Both the position numbers and the translations under genes were made by a program. 64,000 nt of DNA. It comes from Lingula anatina (lineage: Eukaryota; Animalia; Brachiopoda). The notes below the pieces were generated by a model, which was given only the letters and a program-made list of their open reading frames with translations, was not told the origin of the DNA and ran no database searches. Positions 1-12,200 of this stretch are shown piece after piece. Position 1 is the first letter of the stretch, and each line of letters begins with the position of its first letter. The stretch covers positions 3,728,954 through 3,792,953 of the forward strand of contig CM120644.1 of assembly GCA_051362555.1 (NCBI GenBank), in the 5' to 3' direction.

Positions 1-1174
1 AATATCTTTGTCAGTTTTACCTGACTGATTTTATAACATTGTACCTTTAGCTACTGTGAAGTAGATACACCTTAGTCACAAATAAATAAATAAATAAATA
101 AATAAACATTATTTAAAACTAAAACACTTGGATTTAAAATAATATCGCTGTAAAGTACTAAACGCAGGCGAACATTCGCCCTTCGCATTCCGGGATTTTA
201 ATTAAAATTGTTGTTGAGTAAGGCATGTTTCAGTCATATTTGGCAAGACTCAATATTTCCACAAGCGATATTTGGTTCACCTCTATTTTCCAATAACTGT
301 AACATATATGAAGTAAATCACTCTCTCACTCTCTCTCGATTTCTATCTGTGAATTTGTGCGATATGGTAACGCTAAATTTTCTATTCCACGGATATTTGA
401 CTAATAAATTAATTTATCAATTTGCGTGTCTATCAGCACAAATTTTCAGGATAGATCAGAGATGGAATTAATTAGAACCAAATAGATTTTGGTGATTATA
501 TTCTAAACATTACTTAACTAATCTGTTCATCCTATGGCGACATTATGCACAAAATTGTGGACAGATTTTGATAAAATTGTCAATAACTGTCGGGATAATA
601 ATGGAGATCCAGATTACCCACTGTTGTCGTGTGTTGCGACGATGGGAAAATTGAGCTGTCTCGGCGGAGGTGTACGACCTCGGAATGCCGTTTGTTAAAA
701 TGATCAATCACCAAACACTGAAGACTGGTGATCTTTAAAAATGGGAGCAAAGATTCATTTAGTACAGCAAGATGTTAAAAATAGCCCCCTTCTCTCTGTT
801 TTCTTAATTCTTAGTATTTAAAATTTGAATTTCCTTATTTAACCAAATTGCACATTTTTTTTCTTAAAAGTACGCCTTTAAGAACTTTTTTACTGCACAG
901 TCATGAAAGATTTTAATGTGAGCCACGCCATGTACATCCATTGAGAAGTCTTTTTTTCCAACTTTTATGGTTTCACGTTACATAAATTTTTGCGGAGGTG
1001 AGTAAATGGTGCACTTAATTGCTCTCCAGAAAATGTTGATGCTGGGGTTTCCTTACCCGACTAGGGTAATATTAGTAATTTGTGTTGAAATAATAGACAT
1101 TTCAGTGTATAATGTTAAGTAACATCAATGTTTTCCGTTGTCGTCGTCCCGGAACGTTAAGCAGCAATGGGTAC

Positions 1175-1341
1175 CAGGGGCGGATTCAGATATATTTTCT
1201 GACGGTCTTCCAAAGTAACTTTGTTGATCCCTCCTCCATTTTTGACCGTCTTCCGACAGAAAAAATCGATACCCGTCAATGTAAACTTGAAAATCTGACC
1301 GTCTTCTGGAAGACCCAGAAGACGGCCTAAATTCGCCCCTG
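1175..1341. mobile_element. Non-autonomous hAT-like MITE with 5-bp TSD
   Basis: TIRs CAGGGGCGGATTCAG / CTAAATTCGCCCCTG; direct repeat GGTAC at 1170-1174 and 1342-1346; internal repeated GACGGTCTTC/GACCGTCTTC motifs. Confidence 0.7.
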
Positions 1342-3254
1342 GGTACATTAAACAACTCTTATTAGTTGATAATAAAACGAAATTGTCAGTCTGAAGTATT
1401 GGATGCTTTCAAAAGAGCAGTCTGCGTGAAGTTCGTTTTTGACCCATATGTTCGCTGTTTTGTCAAACAAACAAACAAAAAATAAAATAAAATAATACTA
1501 AAAAATAAAAAAAACAGAGATCTAGGTTTAAGCATTAGAACTAGGCACATTCTGCCTAGCATGCCATATTTCCAAGTTAATCATTACACAGGTTGAGCGT
1601 ACATTAATCGTTTTGACAGTGGCCTTGGGGGCTGGGGGGGGGGGGGTGTGGACGAGCTAAGATAATATTAAGGTTAATTTAGCCAATAAATATATGAAAA
1701 ATACAATACCGGGGATAAATTGACCGTAAAAGCGTATTAAAAAACGTTAATGTTGCATAAAAAAAAACAAGTTTAAACTGTATTAAAAAGGGATACGACT
1801 GAAGGATCAAAGCCTCATAAAAACTGTTTACTACCCTTCAAAACTAAAAGATTATAGTTGTTTGTATAAAAATTAAAATGGTTTTGACCACAATGTAAAA
1901 TGTTACACATGATAGAAACAGTTTTAGTTGCTACCCTCTCAAAATACTAAATTCAACAGGAGTAAGATACGTCCCAATTGCGCCACTTGCTGACGTAACT
2001 TTTCCAGTTTGTTTATTTTCCTCTACACGTGCTTGCCCACACCAGTACAGTTAACGCATTAGTAAAAATACTTGCTATTATACACCTGTATAAGTTCGTT
2101 AATATGGACAACCTCCTGATAAAAGTTTTCGATTTTCTTAAAAATTACGAGCTACAGGTGCTAGAACACCATCCAGGAGATGCAGATTTGAAAACCACTC
2201 ATAATATCCACGTGTTCACAAGGAGAAAAAAAAAAACATTGCATCAAAAGTTATTTATGACTAATGTAAGAGACATACGTATTTTGTTTAAGGCCGACGT
2301 GATCTCTACATTGAGGTAGTTTTTTCTATCTGATTTTATAAACATTAAACATTTTAAACGTTTGTAAATAGCTGTAGGCAAAAACGCCTCCCAAGTAAGA
2401 GATGAATTTAATGACCTGAAACTATCAATTATTTAACTCACCTACTGGTCCTGAATTCCTAAATAGAAATTGAAATTAAGCAGCTGGGTATTAAGGGGAG
2501 TACGTGACTTATTCAGGGGCGGATCCACGCGCTACTTGTCCCGCCTGAGCTGACCCTTGATGTTGCGAGTTAGGGCTCTGGGCACATTCAGATTTACACA
2601 TCGTACCAGCTGGGTCGGTCCAACTTTTCGGGGGGCGGGGATTCTCGCTATTTATAGTGCAATCAATGGAATAAGCTTAATCAACACACAACATTTAATT
2701 ACCCGCTAGCTGCTCGAAGAGACGTGTCATACAACTAAGCCGATTCCACTGATTGCACTTTGGCGACAATCCCCCTCAGAGTTGGACCGAGTACGAGTAC
2801 TAGTACGATGAATCTTAGAAATAGTAAGGGGTAAATTTTGCAATTGCAAATAGTTCCGTCAATTAACAGTTAATATATATTACTCTATCTTCCACTCACC
2901 AGGATTGGGGTGAGAGCAGAAGGGGGGGGGGGACCTGACTGAACCAGCACATCTGAGGGGTGATGGGTGGTAATTATCATCACAGTTCTCACTTCCCTAA
3001 CGAAATCTGACTGTCAGCAGACGAAATATTGGATGGTAAAACTGAGTCGATCTTTCTATATCTATTGATAAATGAAACTTTATTTGTTTAAATGCATTGA
3101 GCTTTTAAAGTGGTTCTGTGAGTTTACAATAGGTACCTGGTACTAGTACATGTAATTCATATATAATACCTTGATGGTCCAGACAGCGGCAAAAATTAGT
3201 CTGATGTTTATAGTTTTTTCATTATAATTTATTTCCACTTCAAGAGACGCAATC

Positions 3255-3337
3255 CATAAATAAGTATGCATCTAAGTTTTTTGTCAGTGACACTTGTCGA
3301 AGCGCGCTGTTCACTTCCAAAGAGATAAGGAACGACG
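3255..3337 (+). promoter_or_regulatory. Putative TATA-like box, initiator and non-coding first exon of the small secreted-protein gene
   Basis: CATAAATA at 3255, TCAGT Inr-like motif at 3284-3288 (about 30 nt downstream), donor G|GTAAGT at 3337/3338, matching acceptor TTTTACAG ending at 3922. Confidence 0.5.
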
Positions 3338-3932
3338 GTAAGTATGTGAAATTGTCATATTTAAGGTTCCGTCTAGTTTGTTGCCTCATTGCAAGATCTT
3401 GCGAGCTTTATCATACGTAACGCAGGCAGGCCTCAAATTGAGGTAGATTAAAAAAACAAAAATAATTGGTAATTGGCTTTAAGATCGTGACCTTCTCGCC
3501 AGCATTGTTTAGTAGAAATACCATGGTTAAAAAAAACTTGTTACTGACTTGTTATAAATGAATGTAATTGTGTTAAAGTATCTATCTTTATGTGATCTTT
3601 TTTATACAGTAATTTTTATTCCTCATCATATAGAAAATACAACAAAATTAATGAAAATATGATATAGTATTAGGTATAACATAATATATATAACGCACTC
3701 ATACAGACATGCATCCACACACTATAACACAAAAAAATAATTACACTGCTTGATGGGAATCTTCTGATATTTTTAACAAAACTGACTTCAGGTTAAGTTT
3801 AAGAGATTTTTTCAAGCACTACTGAATACAGAAATACTTGAAGTATCAAAGGATTAGTAATATTCTTACTACTTCCCAAAGTAATGGCCCAAAATATTAT
3901 TTTTATTATTATTATTTTACAGATATTCCAAA

Positions 3933-5222
3933 ATGAAGGCGGTGTATGTTTTTCTTGTCCTTGTAGTTTTCTGTTCACTTGGTAAGAGATTTTTTCATCT
4001 GTTTGTTGGACATCAAGTACTTTTGTTTAAGAGGCTATATCTTTTTAAGAAAAATTAGTAGCTTTGGAGAATATGCAGACATAAACACTGAAAAAATTAG
4101 GCGGGTAGTATGCCTTGAAAAATTAAACTGGAAGGGACATCGTTTGACGGCCATTGTGCGGTTATCGATAAACGAATCATTGTCTAATTGTTGGTTTACT
4201 GACACTGTTATTTACCTTACAGGCAGAACTGTGTATTCTACACCTAATTGTTGGTTTACTGTCACTGTTATTTACCTTACAGGCAGAACTGTGTATTCTA
4301 CACCGAATATGGAGGCACTTAGAGCTGACATACAAAATCAGTTCTCCGTACCTGTGACCATTATCCAACATGAGGTACACAAGCTTAAATAACGTTATTT
4401 CATACCATGCATCAGCGTCAGCACTGCACCCCCGCCTTTTTTATATTGACAATGCATACGCCAGTGGTACTTGATTTATGCACGTTATTGTAAGCAATGA
4501 TGGTGCTACTCTACGGTCATCCTCACAAAGGAGAGACTAGGTTGTACAATTTTACATCTAGTTTTATTATTGAATTTATTGATTTAATTCATCGCTTTTA
4601 CATTAAACTTTGATTAATGTTTTATTTTTCATTCGTCATATTTATCGTTTGCCTTTATTCATTCCTTTAATCTCATTACTCTTGTTATCATTTTGTGGTC
4701 GTTAAATCGATTTTTGCTATATGTGGGCTTACTTAAAAGAGTTTATAGGCTCGATAATAAGTTCCCATGCCGCATATTTTGATTTCCGTTTCTCTTGTCA
4801 AGTAAATCTTGGACGATTCGATCGTTCCATTTGTCTTTTTGTATCTTGAAACATATCCATTTGTATCTTGAAATATGGATGTTAATTAGTTTTCTTTTTA
4901 ACTAAATACTGTCACTAGAGTTAATTTTTTAATAGCTTGTTTCAGTTTTATGCGTCCAAGAATTGAGTGGTATTACTTAAAAAAAAACGTACATTAAATA
5001 CATTAACGTGTCATTGCATATCAATTGTTATTCAATTACTGTGCCATTACACTGCCACCTGTCATCTATACCTCACACTGTCTTTTTTGACATTCCTTTC
5101 AGAGTCCAGGGATTTTAGGAGTGGAAGGTCTAAGCGACCTTCAACCTGTCGTTAGCTATATTGTTGAGGAACACGGGATTGAAGCAAGCGCATCCGGTAA
5201 CCAAATCATCATCCCACCTTAA
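3933..5222 (+). CDS. Small secreted protein of unknown family, 86 aa (106 aa with the upstream acceptor)
   Basis: Coding exons 3933-3981, 4283-4374 (or 4223-4374) and 5103-5222, all GT-AG and in phase. Product: MKAVYVFLVLVVFCSL-GRTVYSTPNMEALRADIQNQFSVPVTIIQHE-SPGILGVEGLSDLQPVVSYIVEEHGIEASASGNQIIIPP*. Signal-peptide-like N-terminus; AATAAA near 5321 and 5405. Confidence 0.75.
4184..4303 (+). repeat. 60-bp direct tandem duplication spanning a splice acceptor
   Basis: ctaattgttggtttactg(a/t)cactgttatttaccttacaggcagaactgtgtattctacac x2 with one mismatch; AG at 4221-4222 and 4281-4282. Confidence 0.95.
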
Positions 5223-6203
5223 CTGATATTAAGCGTCTTCCGATCCTATAACGAGTGGATATTTGAAACACAAAACATGTCAAAATATCCCTACACAAGT
5301 GTACATGATCAGACAGTGATAATAAAATCCCTTAAAAACTACCGTCGCTTTGGTTGTTTGGAAATCTTTACGCACATACATGTATTAACTGCACCTATTC
5401 TTTTAATAAATACCGCCTATTTATACGAATAGAATTGAAAGAAATGAAAAATGTTTACGGAGTGTGGAATTTAATCCACGCCGTTTAAATATATTCTGAA
5501 AATAAATCATTCGTCACATCTGATTCACTTTATCAAATGTTTGATGGATTTCATTTTTGTTGCTATCTACGTTTATGTATTATTAGTTTATACTTGGTTT
5601 CAGATATAACACACATTTTACTAGCTTAAAAGAGACTAGTAGTACCTGGATGACGGAAATGCATGGAAATAAAACTGAGAAGAAAAAATTACACCGAAAT
5701 AAATAAATCATACAGCACTGATGCTTCGGATGAATAAACGGTTATTAAATTAAACGTTAAAAAGCTTCTGATATAGACCTATCTTGATCCAACAGTATCC
5801 TCACAGCCACGATGTTCCACAGTCCGACCAAATCGTCCTTAGGTGGTAGAGATAATTCAGAATATTTGTAATACATATATATCTAAAGACTTTCTTTGCA
5901 CTGGCTTTCGATAGCTTGGGAGAATCATGTTGAACAACTCTTACAAAATGTGAAAGAGAAATTGCCAAAGTTCCATGTTTGAAGAGATGGCAAGTGCCCG
6001 GCCTTTTAGCAGCCGCTAGCTCGATAAAACCTTTCATGGCGCCTTTTGATCCCATTTTGTGACATGATATTCATTACACAAACTACCTTTTATTACATAG
6101 GCCTGTGTATGTGTGCGTGTGTGTGTGTATGTGTGTACTGTAATTGTATCTTTGTATGGGCGTACTAGCACGTGTATGTATGTATGTGGCTCAATTTATG
6201 CCC

Positions 6204-9200
6204 TTAAAGCGTGGCATCTTTTACTCCATTTTCCCTCTGGGTCTCCCCCATCTTCTTTCCTTGATCGTCTCCTCTCCCCTCTGCCTTGGGGTCTTCGCCC
6301 CAGCCACTGAACAGGTCGTCCACATAGGAGCGCATAGGTGAGAGCAACGTCGGCTCGACATCGCCCCTCTGGTACCCTATCAGCTGTAAAAGAACACGCT
6401 CGGATAAATTAAGGGGTGATTTCACTGGTCGGACCAACGTATTGGTAAAAAGGTGAGCAAAGGGTTGAAAGGGCCGAAAAATACGTACGAAAGTGTCCAC
6501 GAAAGTGTAATGCGCGCGCATTGTACAGTACATGTATGTACAGATGGTATGTATTTAATGTACAGATGGCACCCCTGAATCAACGACCCACCAAAAATTT
6601 CAGGAGGGGTAAAACAATTAATTCCATCTATCTCGCAAAAAGCAATAAACTGGCTATTAAATAAATAGTTCTTACCTTTGGAATTAAGAGTAAGAGCACG
6701 GTGGCGATGGTGGACGCCAAAGTAAGCGCACCAATGACACCATACCGGATATCCGGCTGATTGCCAACCAGAATGGACACTGGGATACCCACGATGGAAA
6801 CCAGGACGACAATCACCATAGCAACGCCCACATGACTGCTGTCTCCAGTGGTGGTTCTTAGCGATGCAATCCTGTGTTTAGGATTGAATTTAATAATAAT
6901 AATGGGTAGATGTAAAGTGATAAATGTGAAGTTCTTTAAGTTAAAAATACGCTAGGGCATAATGAAATAAAGACTGTTTACTTCCCCTGTTAAAACTTAT
7001 ATATAAACAGTAGGTGTAACTAGTTTCAACAAAAATTTGTGCTGAAAAGATTCCTACCAGGCAGGCCATACAAAGAAGACGGTCATCAGCAACATGAGCC
7101 CCTTGTAGGCGAAGAACGCGATGCTCCAGCCTATGGTGCTGTCAGACGCGCAGGTTGCCACGTATACCTGCTGGCGAACCAAGGACAACAAATTCACCTG
7201 GAAATATAGTCAGTACATAGTTAAATCTATAAAAGTAAAGTGATAGTTTTTTAATTTTAACACGCGTGTGTGTGTGAGTAAGTAAAAGAAAGTTCTCCCT
7301 ATTTAAAAGTGAGTTATAGCCAATCCGATCAGTCTGATGAAGAAAGGGGGCCTATTACATATTTAACGAGACAAAAAAATAATAATTAATAAAATAGAAA
7401 TAAAATAAAATAATCAAAATAAAGCATAATACTCGTTTTCAGCACGATGCATGTCAAACAAATTCCTTCTTTCACAGTCAGTGAAACTAGGTTTTCTACA
7501 TAAATTAGCCTTTGCTGTTGGTTTACACCAGCCATTTAGTAAGCCACTATGGTTTCCTTGTCCTACCTTCTCCTCTACCTTTAACCACGTGGCGCGTTGA
7601 GGATCCGTGGCCTGCCACACTGCCAGGAGCACAATGTCCAGAAATACGAGAGCCGCTACCGCAATCAACAAGTACAGCTGTTCAGCCAAGGCCTGAAATT
7701 GACGCAATAATTAGGTACCATAACGAATTTTAGTGCGACAAAACTTTGGGGGGGGGGGGGGGGGGGGGGGGGGGCATGTAACAGAGATTCAGCCCTCAGT
7801 TAGGTTCACACAAATAAGGCTGACCGTGACGCAAATGTATCAAAATCTAGGACGGGACCACTAGATAGCATTATACTGTATATATATATCCAGTCTTAAG
7901 AAACTTAGCCCCGCAATACAATATAAAAAGGTTCATACCAGCTGTCTCTTTCCACGGTGGAATTTTAACACCCCCCACATTTTGACCAGCATTGACCCGT
8001 AGGACACCGTAAAGCCCAGGATGAACAACCATAAGGAGGCGTGGCACAAAGTATCGGTGACGTCATATCCGTTCAGAATGATTGACACAATCAGGATGAT
8101 ACAGCCAAAGGTTATGGAGACGTTCAACAACGGCCAGGAATTTTGTATTAATCTGTAATATGGTATATAACAGTTACATTATTCAATTACGAACGGCCAT
8201 GTGTGTATGAAAAATAAAAAATCACATAAAAACCGCATGCATTACTGAAATCCTGAGGCAAACTGTAGCATGACCTTTTACAAAAATTATGGCGGCATTC
8301 GATAACGCTTATCTTTATTTACTGAAGTTATCATCGCTAGATGGCGTATAAGTTTACTTACTGTGTTTTCCACTTTAGCAAGGTAAAAATGAACAAGATG
8401 AGTGCTAGTATAATTGCAATTGCACCAATCACTGAGTACACCAGTCTCAGAGCACGTGACACGCTTCTACGTTCAACTTTCACGGTAAAGCCCGCTTTCG
8501 GTGGAGCCCCACCTTTGGTAAATAGAATACAAGTCATTATTGATGATTTGCATACCAGCCATTGGCTTGTAATGAAAGGAGATTAAGAAAAGTCCACCCC
8601 AACGCCCCAAGAAGAACTGAAAAAAAATGTGAACATGGTTTTTGGCCCCAAAGCGTCTTTTCTCGTTTTTTTGGAAAGCTGTGGGGTAAATATAATATAA
8701 TATAATATAATATAATATAATATAATATAATATAATATAATACGTTCTTATTCTTTAGTTAAGATCTTTGGGTAAGAAATAAGAGGATACACGCAAACCG
8801 CTAATATTTCCTAAATCTTTTTGACACGTTTCCAACACGGCGCAATGGCCAAATCGCGCGCTCCAACCAGTATTGTAACATGCCGTTCCCATGCTGTGGT
8901 TTAAATTAGCTTAAATGTTGAACCTGTTCAACCTGCTTTGTGTACGATATGTTCAGATATATCATAGATGGCATGCAGTGCTATTTTAAATTAAAATCCT
9001 AAGGCGATTTTTGTCACAATTTTTCTCGTCCTTTCCCCCGAGGGCACAATATGACAGTAGTTATATGTTTTTATTAAAATAAGTGCAAGATGACTCAGGT
9101 GCATTTTCTACACAAGCCATGTGAAATCGTATGATGGTGGGCTATATGCACCAACACGCAAAGTCATTGCAGTTGGCAGCCTGCCGATACAATTTCGACT

Positions 9201-12200
9201 GACAGTACATCTAAAGGTGCATTTTGACAGGTAAAATCAGGTTCAGCTTATCCAGGTAGGATATCATTATTTGACCTACGATAGCATGATGGGGAGGCTT
9301 TTTGTTCTCCCCTCGTCCCTTTAAGCTGCATGCAGGAAATTGTAGCTATTTGAGGTCGAAATGAGGTTATTAACCAAACCTTGGTCACTGAGACACGCTC
9401 GAGGGGAGAGGGGCACAGTGGGTCGTTCGGATAATCCCTACTCCACCAAAACAAACAAACAAAAATAGAATTACAAATTTTAAACAAGACAAAACCAAGC
9501 GCGTTTCCAATTCATGTGTCTTACAAATTACCGTAAACCTGTCTTCGTCTACTATTTGTGCCCCTTTCCCTTCCTCCCCCGCGTGTCCGTCTGTCTCTCT
9601 GTCTGAGTATGTGTGTGTGTGTGTGTGAGAGAGAGTAAGAGAGAGAGAAAGAGAGAGAGAGATTCCCCTCTTCATAAAAAAAATAAATTAATTAAGAACG
9701 CACGACACTCACCATGCTTGCTCCATATTGCTTTTTTGGAGTTCGCAAACCACGTGATCTTTCTTGTCTTTTCCTCATAGTAACCGAGGTCTTTGACTGT
9801 TCCATCTGCAAAACATAGAAACATGTTACCCTGCAACTAAGGTGTCCTGTCACTGTCCAGGAAAACAACGGAATTTCATAGTGGTTATAACCCAAAGCTC
9901 AAAACTAAAACCGTTATTTGAAAAAAATCTATTAGCTTGAGTGCATAACACGGGTTGGTGAAAATATCTGTTGGTGATCCATTGTTTTGTCAAACGCCCA
10001 ATTTTACAACAAAAGTAACGAGTATAGATTATGATGCTGATAAAACTGAGTGAAACTTATGAGTGAAATTAGCCTAATAAGACTAGAGCCACTTTACAGC
10101 CCACATCTGGTTGGAATGTTACTTTGGTGGTGACATGTAGCATGTGTTCCGTGTTTTTGAAAGCCATTAGTGTCAGTTGTTCGGTTTCCCTTTCAACATC
10201 ATCCAAATTACTAATTCAAACTATAAATTACATTCTGTATCAGTTGGTATATGCGCTGCCTAGGGGAAGAATAATGACCAGTGTTTGTGATGACGTGCAC
10301 CTAGAAAATGACACAGCGGATGTATATGTTGACGTCATTAACGCTGGTAACCACGGTTGTGATAAACTTATTGAATGCCATAGAGATAAAGGCGTTGATG
10401 AACGAGAAATGGTAATCAGTATAGCAACTACAAGCAACTTACTGTCAACTTGTTCAATGGTTAAGTAACTGGAGCGACTACCATGCTGATAAAAGGAAAC
10501 AGGGCCCTGAAAACAGTTAAAACAAGAAATTTTATGCAACTTTTATCTTGAGGTGTAGGGCATAAAATTCTAAAGAGTTTCTATAGCTGGAAGCAAAACA
10601 TTGGCACAAAGTTAAAACTGGATAACAACGTTTAAAGTTTAAAGGCCTGGACCTAATGCCACAGAAACTCCAGCGGAAATGGCCCCGGTTTGCATATGTG
10701 AGAAAGGATTAAATCTAAGGGCTTTAAACTCCCAGCAAAAAGTACGTTGAGTAGAGATAAGTCTGGCATTATAGGCCTATAGTATCTCTTTAACTCACAG
10801 AGCACTGAAATAACACTACCTTCTACCAGGGCGGCAGATATTACAGGGAAATCTTGAAAACACCAGAGAAAACGACAGAGAGCCAAATAACTGTCTATTT
10901 ATCTGGAGACATATCTGTGAATATCTTGTGAAAAATCAATCTGTCGCCCTGGTAGAGGGTACAATAATACCCGTTATGTGCACCGAGTAAATACACATTT
11001 GGTCTTATTTCATTGCCCCCCCCCCCCCCCCACACACACACACACACACACACCCCTTGAACCTGCTTGGTATGAAGCAAGGAATTATAATCCCTTGGTT
11101 CGAGTACAAAATGGTTTCAAGGACAACAACATCCACCCACCGATGCACCGAAGAAAGTCATATTAGCCAGTTCAGCGTCAAGTATGTTTGTGACTGTCTC
11201 AAGCTCCGAGTAGGAAACCCCATCCACCGCGGACCTCGGCAGCCTGGATATGGTGTTGTGTATAGCCAGAGCCGCCGCCCACACTGTGTCGTACGATAAC
11301 TGGTAAAAGATTTGGGGGACGTTGGGTAAAAACCATGGCTTGGCGACCATTCTCTGCCAGGTTGTATGGGGCTCCTGAAACAAAACAAAAAAAAGAGATT
11401 TGTGAGTTTTTATCTGCATTTTGACATACATGGGAAAACACAATTTTGCTTCTATAGTTATAATTCTTCCAAATAAGAATAGTATTATTACGAGGAGAAA
11501 TGCTATTTCATCGAAAAGTTTTTTTTTTACAAAATACTCATAGTAAAGAAATTCTATTCAAGATACAATGCACCAAAGGGCGAAGTTAAATGTATTATTT
11601 TTGACAAGAATGCGCAAACAATCACACGACCCAAAGATATGACCCCAAAGCTGTAACTGATGCTAGGCGACATAATATACAACATAGTCCCTTTGACACA
11701 TTTCACAAGAGTAGCCAAGCAAACCGCTTATTCACCTTTTCAACGTTAACTACCCATTGAAAAAAAAAAAACTTGTGCTATAGATTTAGTTTCACCCACT
11801 TCATACAAACGAGGAACTTAATAGGGGCTTTCTCGCAAAAATAGTTTTTGTTAATTTACCTTCATGGAAAGAATAAAAATTATGCGACAAGGTAGGCTAT
11901 TCTGCAGTTTTGCTGAAGGGCAGAACAAGAGAAGGACGATTTTCCTACTGATAGAATCTGAATCACCTTTTAATAATGTAGGCCTATTTATTTCAATTTG
12001 CGCACGCCCAAGATTGTCAAAGGGAGATGGAGCAGCGAAACATGATTGCAAAACTCTACTGGGTTGCTCAAACATTTCAGGATCCGAAGTAAATCTGCCC
12101 CACTATTACCAGGTACTTTAAGAGAAATGAACAATTATTTACTTCCGCTGATGTTTTCTCTTAGGGCGCATTCCCATAGATTTTAGATTGATCTATCCCT

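Noticed and set aside
160-696. Possible HINE-like ends (gcattccg / cggcggaggt...cggaatgc)
   Set aside because: Only short motifs; I could not define both termini or core repeats with confidence.
5801-6055. 84-aa ORF downstream of the GPCR stop
   Set aside because: Lies in the probable 3' UTR; no splice support or recognisable motif.
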